From positions 64,001 to 128,000 of IMG/VR virus record IMGVR_UViG_3300032220_000699: DNA of 64,000 nucleotides; one strand, 5' to 3'. The notes under the pieces are model-generated. The model saw only the letters and a list, made by a program, of their open reading frames with translations. It did not search any database and was not told the origin of the DNA. Positions within the stretch are counted from its first letter, which is position 1. The number at the start of each line of letters is the position of its first letter. A program made the position numbers and the translations under genes. Shown here one piece after another: positions 10,994 through 19,577 of the stretch. This DNA comes from a virus.

Positions 10994-11117
10994 GGGAACC
11001 TCCTGGTGGCGACAAACTATTCTAGATTAATTATTAAATTATTAAAAAATAATGACACACCTGTACTTAACAGGTGTGTTATATGTTTTATATATGCGAT
11101 TGAATAGTCTTCTGTCA

Positions 11118-12578
11118 CTAGGCTTTCCCAAGCTGTTTGACAATAACAAAACCAGTAGCAACAACACCAGCAACGGCAGCAACAGTTTTAAGTGTTTCGA
11201 GAGACGAGTCTCGTTCATGCCGAAGATCATCTCGAGCATACTTTCTTTCATCGAAATGATGTTTCATAGTGTTACTACTCCAATCATAGGCTGCTTTAGA
11301 GTTAAGAGATTCTTGCTCTAATTTATGTTTAAAAGCCGCATGGTCTTCTTCCATTTTTCTAAGTTTAATCTTAGATTCATGTTCGAACTGTGCTCTTTCA
11401 AGCTTTAACTCATTCTCCCTTTCTCTGAAACTAGCTTCTCTATCTTTAAGATCACGCTCACGTTTTTCTCTCAAATTGCATGCATCTCGAGCTTCATCTT
11501 GATGCTCAAAAAGAAAGTCAACAGTGTTAATTTCATTTACAGGAATATGGTATGCTTCAACAACATCAAAGTTCTTATCAAATTTACCAATCCAGAGACC
11601 CCTTTCCCTAGACTTTGATTTGATCTTAGGTACAAGATGAACTTTGTTATGTAATGAATAATAACGAGGTTTCATTTCGTTATCAGGATCTACCATGAAT
11701 ATACAAGGAGACCCAGGGACTACATTTTCTTTTAACTCAGCAAAGTCAGAACTACGGCTACACGCTGGGTTAATAATAGGCACGAAGTTTTTACTCTTCG
11801 TAAAATATAAATCTAAATCACGGAAGAAAACAGAAACTTCTTCTTCAGTTGTATCATCTATAAACATTCTGGGCGTAAGAACACCCATAGTGATAGCTTT
11901 AATTTCTGGAACATCTGTATCTTCATTTTTCTCAATAAAACTATCCCAAGCCTGAGATACGAAATAACGAAGCTTTAAACTCTGATGAAATTTATCACCA
12001 GGCATTTTATCCATTTCAGATGGATTAAATTTATGATGATCCAGATAGTCTTTTAAATAATTACCGCTGATTCCAGTTGCTCTACTATGGTTAGTAGGCG
12101 TTGTTATACGATGAATTGCAAAAACAATAATTTTACCTTCAAAGGCTTTTGTTAGTCTATTCTGTTCTACTGGATGGAAAACAGTTGACCCATTTAGATT
12201 GTCATAAACAGTGATCGGTTCAGTCGTGAAATTAGCAACTATAAAAGCAGGACCTAGGGAGAGACCACCCTTTTCAATGATAAATTTATTTTCTTTACGA
12301 ACATTGATGTGTAGATTTTTTCTACTATTATTAGGATCATAGTCCTCGATATCTCTGCTAACATTTGTATGGATAACAGGAGAATCAGAATTTAAACCCT
12401 TTTTAACTTCATAGTAACAAAACTTAATACCAGCAGTTGGATTGATATCAAATTGTTGTATAACAGGAAGATAGTTTGTTTCGTACGTCTTATCGTTAAC
12501 ACCCAAGAATGCTTTATTGAGACTAGTTAAATAGGCAGCAACATTCACCATTCTTAGACTTTTTGTAACTACTTTCAC
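11118..12578 (-). CDS. conserved jumbo-phage protein with C-terminal coiled coil and hydrophobic tail
   Basis: 486 aa, GTG start; E/R/K-rich coiled coil, then VAAVAGVVATGFVIV; lies between the capsid and RNAP genes. Confidence 0.65.
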   Translation of the reverse strand: MKVVTKSLRMVNVAAYLTSLNKAFLGVNDKTYETNYLPVIQQFDINPTAGIKFCYYEVKKGLNSDSPVIHTNVSRDIEDYDPNNSRKNLHINVRKENKFIIEKGGLSLGPAFIVANFTTEPITVYDNLNGSTVFHPVEQNRLTKAFEGKIIVFAIHRITTPTNHSRATGISGNYLKDYLDHHKFNPSEMDKMPGDKFHQSLKLRYFVSQAWDSFIEKNEDTDVPEIKAITMGVLTPRMFIDDTTEEEVSVFFRDLDLYFTKSKNFVPIINPACSRSSDFAELKENVVPGSPCIFMVDPDNEMKPRYYSLHNKVHLVPKIKSKSRERGLWIGKFDKNFDVVEAYHIPVNEINTVDFLFEHQDEARDACNLREKRERDLKDREASFRERENELKLERAQFEHESKIKLRKMEEDHAAFKHKLEQESLNSKAAYDWSSNTMKHHFDERKYARDDLRHERDSSLETLKTVAAVAGVVATGFVIVKQLGKA

Positions 12579-12649
12579 GTGAACTCCCTATGTCATATGA
12601 ACAAGTACTATATATGGTATTAACATTTCTTCAGAAACAAAAGATAAAA

Positions 12650-12679
12650 ATACCAAGAGGCATTGCTGCCTCTTGGTAT
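12650..12679 (-). terminator. terminator after major capsid gene
   Basis: ATACCAAGAGGCA-ttgc-TGCCTCTTGGTAT hairpin plus A-tract. Confidence 0.8.
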
Positions 12680-12695
12680 CTTATATTGCTACTGA

Positions 12696-14849
12696 TTAAA
12701 CAGTATGCATATTGACAGTAACCTTGCCAGTAACTTCCGGCAGACCGGTCACTTCGAGCATGGTCATCATCGGCAGATTGACAGTGTGCAGGAAGCGCGG
12801 AGAAACGATCAGTTCCTTAGAAACTTGACCATCGCGGCTAACCGGCATAACAACGGTCAGTTCCGGCGACCACAGCATGTTGCCGAAGTTCAGCGGATTG
12901 ATACCGGTGTTACGAGCAGAGTCAAACACACCGAAGGACACGAAGATCTTGCCCTTGACACGGCTATCCAGAGTCGAAACGATACGGACGTCGAAGGTTT
13001 CACCCAGCGTACGCAGATCGCCATCGGCTTGCAGATAGTTGTAGATCACCGGATCGGTACCAACGATAATGGTCGGCTTGAAGCCAGTGTTGCCAGTCAG
13101 AACAGCGGCAGCAGCCTTGTATTCCGAAGAGCGATACATTTCATTAGCGTAGTAACGCAGCTTTTCAACCAGAGCAGCACGGATGTCCTTGATCTTCTCA
13201 TGGGACTTCAGGCTGTCAACGGTGCCTTCCAGATTGATAGCTTCGTGGAAGTAGATCGGCTTGACATACAGATGACCGAAAGCATTGATTTCTGGCAGGT
13301 CGCCGTTAGCGTCAGCAACCGGAGCGTACGAAGCCAGGGAGACTTGAGCACGCAGCAGAGCTGAAACAGCTTCGTTCGAAACACGGATACCAGTGGTGGT
13401 GATCAGGGTTTGCAGAGCGGAGTTGTCATCACCAGAAGCATTAACAACCGGCATGATGATGGACAGCGGTGAACGGTACGGAACCGGAATCACACGGTAT
13501 TCGACTTGAGAGTCGAGCAGCTGACCACGTTGACGGATGTTGCTGTTAGCACGGAAGGCAGTCAGCGTATAGCCGATGACTTCAGCAGCAGCGATCTTAC
13601 CAGCCAGGGTGTTGAAGGTAGCACCAGAGACCAGCATGTCGGAAGCATTACGCAGAGCAACCAGACCCAGCGTACCACCAGAAACCAGGCAGTCACCCTT
13701 GTCCAGAGACACGTTACCAGAGATAGACAGCTGGATACGAGCCTTGTGAGTAGCCAGTTCAGGCAGAGAAGCCGGAGCAGCACCAGTGACGTCCAGAGTC
13801 GAAGCGTCCAGAACCAGAGCGTCCGAATCCATTGCCAACAGCATACGACGATAGTTGCCTTGCGGAGCATACGTGAACGTAGAGCCCGGCTTTTCGTCAA
13901 CTTGAACGCGGATGACATCGGTGTTGGTACCGTCGGTAACCTTCAGGTAAACTGATTCCAGCTTGATGAAGGTGTCCAGAGCGTCTGAAGGACCCATGAT
14001 ACCGCTGTTCAGCAGTTCGTTGGTCTGAGAAATACCGATCAGATCGATCTTGGTGTCAACCTTAACAGCACCAGTTTGGATACTGATACCACCGCCGACA
14101 GCAACAGTCCAGGCCGGAACATCAGCAACCGGAACGAACTTGTCAGAGTTGTCGTCAGAACCGCCACCGTTACGGAGAACCGGAATAGCACGGGTCATTT
14201 CGTTCTTCAGGATTTCAGCATCAGCATAGGCGCGGATAACACTCTTACGAGCATAGTTAGCCAGCGATCCGGTGACAGAACGCTTGAAGTCATTGAAGAC
14301 GTAGAACAGCTTAGCGGACAGGGTAACACCGACTTCATTCGGGTTAACAACGATCGTCGGGAAGAAGGTTTCGCCGAATTCGTCTTGACGTGAGGCCAGC
14401 AGATTGTAGATGATCGAGAACAGCTGTGCATTACGGTTGTCACGCTCGTCATAAGCTTCGGTAGCGACTTGCGGACGTTCCATGAAGCTATCAGCAACAC
14501 CAGAAACCATAACGATAGCGTCAGAACCAACGCTCTTCGGCTTGGTGCTCAGGAATTGCTTCGGATTGCTGCCCAGCATACCGGACAGAGTTGCAGCTTC
14601 CAGTTGGAAACCTTCAACAGCCAGACCGAATTGTTGAGCGATCGTCTTCATCGAAGATTCGATGTTGTTATAGACGTTCGTCAGGGCGCTTTCAGCAGCA
14701 GAGTCAAGGCTTTCAGCAGCCAGATATTGACCGATCTTTTCGTCATTGAAACTGCGGGAAGCAGTGATCTGACCAACTTGTTCAGTCAGTTGACCAATCG
14801 GATCAACAACCAGCGACTTACGACCAGCGAGAAGTTTGTGAATAGACAT
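12696..14849 (-). CDS. major capsid protein, phiKZ-type
   Basis: 717 aa; N-terminal propeptide with S/A/G-x-E cleavage-type motifs (LAAE, LAVE, VATE-AYDERDN); LLASRQDEFGETFFPTIVV; strongly biased codon usage. Confidence 0.88.
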   Translation of the reverse strand: MSIHKLLAGRKSLVVDPIGQLTEQVGQITASRSFNDEKIGQYLAAESLDSAAESALTNVYNNIESSMKTIAQQFGLAVEGFQLEAATLSGMLGSNPKQFLSTKPKSVGSDAIVMVSGVADSFMERPQVATEAYDERDNRNAQLFSIIYNLLASRQDEFGETFFPTIVVNPNEVGVTLSAKLFYVFNDFKRSVTGSLANYARKSVIRAYADAEILKNEMTRAIPVLRNGGGSDDNSDKFVPVADVPAWTVAVGGGISIQTGAVKVDTKIDLIGISQTNELLNSGIMGPSDALDTFIKLESVYLKVTDGTNTDVIRVQVDEKPGSTFTYAPQGNYRRMLLAMDSDALVLDASTLDVTGAAPASLPELATHKARIQLSISGNVSLDKGDCLVSGGTLGLVALRNASDMLVSGATFNTLAGKIAAAEVIGYTLTAFRANSNIRQRGQLLDSQVEYRVIPVPYRSPLSIIMPVVNASGDDNSALQTLITTTGIRVSNEAVSALLRAQVSLASYAPVADANGDLPEINAFGHLYVKPIYFHEAINLEGTVDSLKSHEKIKDIRAALVEKLRYYANEMYRSSEYKAAAAVLTGNTGFKPTIIVGTDPVIYNYLQADGDLRTLGETFDVRIVSTLDSRVKGKIFVSFGVFDSARNTGINPLNFGNMLWSPELTVVMPVSRDGQVSKELIVSPRFLHTVNLPMMTMLEVTGLPEVTGKVTVNMHTV

Positions 14850-14893
14850 GGTTACTCCTGTTTACGAAAAAAGGGAAAGTTGAAAAATCTGTT

Positions 14894-15448
14894 TTAGTTA
14901 AAACGAGACTTGATAAGATTGAAGTAAGTATCATTCAGCTTCATGCTGACATAGGTCTTGAACAGAGAACTGAACAAGTTAAATTTATATTGATAACAGA
15001 GGCAATCTAGGATAAACTGTAAGAAGTTTTCCTTAGACTCTGTTACAAATGTCAAGAAGCCTTCTTCGACAACAATCAAAAGAGTGTTATCAGGAAGGAC
15101 AACAATTTCATAATATTTTTTATCACTGTAACATTCAGGGGTTACCTTGCCACAGAAATTGACCTTGAAGCTATCTTTTACATACTGACGTTCTTGAGCA
15201 CTCAGAAGAATCAGAGCGTCGTAGAAATCATCAGACAGTGATGAGAAGTACAAGAGTTTATTAAGTTCACGATTCAAATTAACAATAGAAGCTCTTGTCA
15301 ACAATGAAACATTAGGGAAGTCTTTATAGGGAATTTTAGAAACATCTTCGTTACTAAAACTTGCACCTTGTAAACTTTCATAATTAGTTCGGTCAACAAA
15401 GACCAAAGTTGTATATTTCTTTTCCATGGATATTCTCCTATAGCTCAA
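14894..15448 (-). CDS. hypothetical protein
   Basis: 184-aa ORF co-oriented upstream of the capsid gene. Confidence 0.65.
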   Translation of the reverse strand: MSYRRISMEKKYTTLVFVDRTNYESLQGASFSNEDVSKIPYKDFPNVSLLTRASIVNLNRELNKLLYFSSLSDDFYDALILLSAQERQYVKDSFKVNFCGKVTPECYSDKKYYEIVVLPDNTLLIVVEEGFLTFVTESKENFLQFILDCLCYQYKFNLFSSLFKTYVSMKLNDTYFNLIKSRFN

Positions 15449-15828
15449 AGAATATCGAACGGAATGCCTAGTAATCTAAGCTGATCACGGACAGCACTAT
15501 ATTGTGCATTAGAAATGTTGTTCAGTCTAATGGTGTAATTCAAACCAGATGACTCTTCAACACTACCACTGATAATCCAAACATCAGCAATCACAACATC
15601 CTTATCATTGTGTTTGAACAAGTAATAAGTATATTCAATGTGATTAGAATTTGTACCAGGAGGAAGATACGGATAGATTTGTTTATGCAGAAGTTCAATA
15701 TTAGAAAACTTCAACGCAGTATTGTAATCCAAAATAGAAACAAGTTTGGCATTCTTATAAACAGTACCCAGAACAGAGTTAGGATAAAGAGAGAAGCCGT
15801 AGTGCTTGTTAAGTGACAAAGTAGGCAT
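15445..15828 (-). CDS. conserved phiKZ-like small protein
   Basis: 127 aa from MPTLSL (start refined); overlaps the next gene by 4 nt. Confidence 0.65.
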   Translation of the reverse strand: MPTLSLNKHYGFSLYPNSVLGTVYKNAKLVSILDYNTALKFSNIELLHKQIYPYLPPGTNSNHIEYTYYLFKHNDKDVVIADVWIISGSVEESSGLNYTIRLNNISNAQYSAVRDQLRLLGIPFDIL

Positions 15829-15914
15829 ATTTGTATCCCGATTGTAATTAATCAAAAAATTCACCTAAAACCAAAAAAAAAAAGAACAGAGACTTAACTC
15901 TGTTCTTATATTAC

Positions 15915-16214
15915 TTACTTCTTTTTATTATGTTCTAGCATACATTCAGAAGTCATTACTCGAAGAGTGGTTTCATCACAAATGTCAATATACCAGACAG
16001 CCTTGCTAAATTCCACAAACTCTTTAATAAAGGTATGAACATGTTCTTTAGCTTTAGACATTAAATAATGAACCTGGTCATCAACTTCTTTGTCATCCGA
16101 CTGATTGATAATAGCAGAAACAACCGGGCGATTGTCCTGTAGATGACGAATAACAACAGCAATTAATTTACCATGATGACTATTACTCATAACTTTCTCC
16201 TTGGTTAAGTTCAA
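15915..16214 (-). CDS. hypothetical protein
   Basis: 99-aa ORF between promoter motif (16219) and terminator (~15886). Confidence 0.65.
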   Translation of the reverse strand: MNLTKEKVMSNSHHGKLIAVVIRHLQDNRPVVSAIINQSDDKEVDDQVHYLMSKAKEHVHTFIKEFVEFSKAVWYIDICDETTLRVMTSECMLEHNKKK

Positions 16215-16271
16215 TAAGTATATATGTAACTATAGAAAAATCAGAGACCGGTCACCCGGTCTCTGACTTGA

Positions 16272-16553
16272 CTATTTTACTTTAAGATTACCAGAGATAA
16301 TCTTTCCGCCTTTACGTTTCACCTTAGCTTCTGTGTCGAGAGGAATAGTTCCATATCGAAACACATAAGCTTTGTGCATACGGTTTAACTTCGCAATATC
16401 GTCATCATTAAAGACAGTCACGTTTAATCGACGAGCAGCTCGACTAAGCATCATAAGCTCATGATCATCTTTGAGCAAATGAACAAGTGACTTCTCAATA
16501 AAAACGACAGGTTTGAAACCTTGAGCTTGGACTTCTTGAATTTGTTGTTCCAT
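16272..16553 (-). CDS. hypothetical protein
   Basis: 93-aa ORF ending at a terminator hairpin. Confidence 0.65.
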   Translation of the reverse strand: MEQQIQEVQAQGFKPVVFIEKSLVHLLKDDHELMMLSRAARRLNVTVFNDDDIAKLNRMHKAYVFRYGTIPLDTEAKVKRKGGKIISGNLKVK

Positions 16554-16576
16554 TGCTACACCTAGTTAGGTGACAG

Positions 16577-17023
16577 TTATTTTTGTGCTAACAGTTTAAT
16601 TTCAAAAATCTTCAGAGGGAGAACAGGATCAGCGTCTGACAGATAATTGATTAAAAGAAGAATATTCTTTACAGGACTCTTGCCGAACATCTGGGTGTAG
16701 ATATTATCCTCATCACTGTGTTCGTCCAAATAAACTTCAAAATTGGCAAGGTTAACCGCGATCGGATGAACACGATCACCTTCCATCTTATCAGAGTAAT
16801 AAAAGTAATCAGGTTTCAGTGAGTTAGCATCAATCTTAGCAATAAAATCATTAAGATCGGTGACCCAGTTACCAGACACTTTATCTTTAATACGGTACTG
16901 TTCAATACCATCACCATGAACTTTACGTTCAATCAGACGAGTAAGAAAAGCTTGAATAGAGAAAATGCGATCATCGCCAAGATTTGCGACGATAACATCT
17001 TTTACTTGTGAGTTGGTCATCAT
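16577..17023 (-). CDS. hypothetical protein
   Basis: 148-aa ORF, GGAG RBS. Confidence 0.65.
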   Translation of the reverse strand: MMTNSQVKDVIVANLGDDRIFSIQAFLTRLIERKVHGDGIEQYRIKDKVSGNWVTDLNDFIAKIDANSLKPDYFYYSDKMEGDRVHPIAVNLANFEVYLDEHSDEDNIYTQMFGKSPVKNILLLINYLSDADPVLPLKIFEIKLLAQK

Positions 17024-17036
17024 TTAAAAAAACTCC

Positions 17037-17471
17037 TTACGAAATTTCAACAGGGTTAATCGGTGTCATGAACTCGTGAAAATCCTTAACAGAAATTTTC
17101 ATGCTGAGATCTATATTGTAAATAACTTCACGCATAGTTAAGCGAATGTTTACAATATCATTCACTTCATTAGTTTCAGTTTCAACACCAACAATATCAA
17201 AAGTCATGCCTTCAAGTAAAGCAGTGTTAAACTTATGACATACTCCTGGTATTTCTTTCACATTGAAATAGAACTGAGCTAATTTATTCAGTTCACCATT
17301 ATTTATGATTTCACCTTTTTTAAGACGATCAATCAATGGACCAATTTCTGGATCAAGATCTCGTTTAGCGTTTGATCCCTGAGTAGCATCTGTTGTCGTA
17401 GAACTAAACTTTTTTAATACATCTTTCTTACCAATAAGTCTTTGTAGAAATTTTTTCATTTTTAATCTCAC
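17037..17471 (-). CDS. hypothetical protein
   Basis: 144-aa ORF overlapping the upstream gene by 4 nt. Confidence 0.65.
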   Translation of the reverse strand: MRLKMKKFLQRLIGKKDVLKKFSSTTTDATQGSNAKRDLDPEIGPLIDRLKKGEIINNGELNKLAQFYFNVKEIPGVCHKFNTALLEGMTFDIVGVETETNEVNDIVNIRLTMREVIYNIDLSMKISVKDFHEFMTPINPVEIS

Positions 17472-18907
17472 TTACTATTAACAAATACCTGTAAGGATGT
17501 GTGAGCAGTTAAACTAACAGTTTGACTGCGTTGAGACATAACAGGACTCGGATTTGGATTACTATAACTGATGATAGCCATATGAATAACGCCGAAGACT
17601 TCAGTAATACCACCACCTTTATCTTCGTACAAAATTTTACATTTAGCAGCTGGGTATATAAAATCATGGTCTAAGTTGCTAACCTCAACTTTAATATAGT
17701 TCCCATTCTTACGTAGAAGGTCTGCAGTCAATTTAAACTGATTACCTGACACACTCTTATTAGGTGCAAAATTAAGACCGTCAGAACGCGATTTAAAGAT
17801 AACTTCAGAGCTAAGTTCATTACGTTTAAACTTAGGACCAGATTCAGTCATTTCAACAGGTTTCTTCATAAAGCTATTGGCGTTAGACATTCTAAAACCA
17901 CTACCTGAAGACATCACAGAAGTTTCTTTGTTATCACTGATCTTGGATATGTTATGCGGCAATATTCTAAGAACTTTATCTTTATACTTATAGGTGTTAT
18001 CACCACCAGAGTGACTTGACGAAATAGGAGCAAAGAACATTGTCTTAAACTCTGATTTTTGATATTTGTCTCCATTGTAGAGACTATAAATAAACATATT
18101 CTTTTTATAAGTATAAGGGTCAGTTCCAAACTTCTGAACATAACATCCTATACCACCGTTATAAACACCAATATTCTTTTCTTGAATTAACTCAGGAAGT
18201 TCAATAATTCGTGTGAATGAAGGAACAGTGACTGCCTTTAAATTATCGGAGTTATCTGGTTCTTCAATATCAATACCATCTAGAGCTGGTTTATTTTCAA
18301 TAAGTATCTTATTGGATTGTTCTGAGATTAGACTCTTAAAGAAAGTCGCAATCCCCATGTCTTTATTACCATTGATACCTTTATCAAAGTTACCTTGAGT
18401 CGTTTTTATCCGCAATGTTTCAACCGAACGATCTAACAACTGAAAAGTAACAATCAACGGCATCTGATTATTTAAATCATCTTTTGTTTGTTTAATAGTG
18501 TTAGGAACAGAACTATTCTTTTCTAATAAGTAAACACCCTTATAACGTTCTTTAACAGTTAAAGGTGAACCATTGGTTTGACGAAGTTGTTTCGTCGTAA
18601 TAATAGTGATTTCGATATTATCGAGTTTATCGTAAACATCATATAAGAAAGTACCAGGAGGTATGCTCAGTTTAACTTCAATATAGTCAGAAATATTTTC
18701 AATATAATCTCTAACAATATAGATATCAACAAGAGCAATACCATCAGTATAATCTAAGTCTTTTTCATCTGTATGCAGTTTTGTTTCGAAAGCAAAAATT
18801 GCATCATAATCTTGAGCTGGATTCTCGATGATGTCCTGAATATCTGGATAGAGCATCGAGGATTCTACGGACATTGCAGACATAATAATCCCAGAATGAT
18901 AGGTCAA
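17468..18907 (-). CDS. putative virion structural protein (possible baseplate hub-like)
   Basis: 479 aa; RDYIENISDYIEVKL and GIGCYVQK segments resemble conserved phiKZ-family tail proteins (recollection only). Confidence 0.5.
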   Translation of the reverse strand: MTYHSGIIMSAMSVESSMLYPDIQDIIENPAQDYDAIFAFETKLHTDEKDLDYTDGIALVDIYIVRDYIENISDYIEVKLSIPPGTFLYDVYDKLDNIEITIITTKQLRQTNGSPLTVKERYKGVYLLEKNSSVPNTIKQTKDDLNNQMPLIVTFQLLDRSVETLRIKTTQGNFDKGINGNKDMGIATFFKSLISEQSNKILIENKPALDGIDIEEPDNSDNLKAVTVPSFTRIIELPELIQEKNIGVYNGGIGCYVQKFGTDPYTYKKNMFIYSLYNGDKYQKSEFKTMFFAPISSSHSGGDNTYKYKDKVLRILPHNISKISDNKETSVMSSGSGFRMSNANSFMKKPVEMTESGPKFKRNELSSEVIFKSRSDGLNFAPNKSVSGNQFKLTADLLRKNGNYIKVEVSNLDHDFIYPAAKCKILYEDKGGGITEVFGVIHMAIISYSNPNPSPVMSQRSQTVSLTAHTSLQVFVNSK

Positions 18908-18967
18908 ATCATGAATAGGATAAGTTAAAAAAAAAAAAGCACCAGAGTGTTACCTCCGGTGTCTTTT

Positions 18968-19270
18968 TTATTCTGGTTGACTTAAATCTAAAGACTTAGG
19001 AAGTTTGATAGTTCCATTAGCAATAGCCTTAGACAACATATCGTCTATTTCCTGTAAATCTTTCCTACGTTCTATATCGTCAGGATGCATTGGTTTTTCA
19101 TCTTCCTCGATAGGAACAGGTTTCCAATCCATCCAGCTTTGTTCTCTATATTGAAGTTGATCATGATGAACCAATACATATTGAGTAGGTCCACCTAGTC
19201 TTCCATTCCTATCGGGAACATAAGACCAAGATCTAAAGATACGTATTTCCATTATCTTTTCAGCACACAA
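18968..19270 (-). CDS. hypothetical protein
   Basis: 100-aa ORF; likely start at MEIRIF. Confidence 0.6.
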   Translation of the reverse strand: MCAEKIMEIRIFRSWSYVPDRNGRLGGPTQYVLVHHDQLQYREQSWMDWKPVPIEEDEKPMHPDDIERRKDLQEIDDMLSKAIANGTIKLPKSLDLSQPE

Positions 19271-19482
19271 ACTTCATAATCACCAATAGGATTAGCTTTA
19301 TTTAATTTAGCACAATCCTCTTCAGCTTCTTTAAAATCTTCGTAGCTTGGTTTGATATTTAGCGTCATAGCAGTAAAACTTCCATGACAGGAATACGATG
19401 CATGGACTGCATCAAGTTTTGGATCTTCAACAAAATAATGAACCCAAGAAGGTCCAGCATTTTTAACAATAATATATACCAT
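19252..19482 (-). CDS. hypothetical protein
   Basis: 76 aa, GGAG RBS, promoter motif at 19508. Confidence 0.65.
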   Translation of the reverse strand: MVYIIVKNAGPSWVHYFVEDPKLDAVHASYSCHGSFTAMTLNIKPSYEDFKEAEEDCAKLNKANPIGDYEVCVLKR

Positions 19483-19577
19483 GTTTACTCCTGATTAGTA
19501 CAATCAATATATATGTCAACCATTTATTTTCAAATATAAAAAGAGCTACTGGTGATGCCAGTAGCTCTTCTATTTAA

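Noticed and set aside
12705-14897. Long plus-strand ORFs (219, 149, 105, 142 aa) opposite the capsid gene
   Set aside because: Antisense shadows of the capsid's biased codon usage; no RBS or recognisable motifs.
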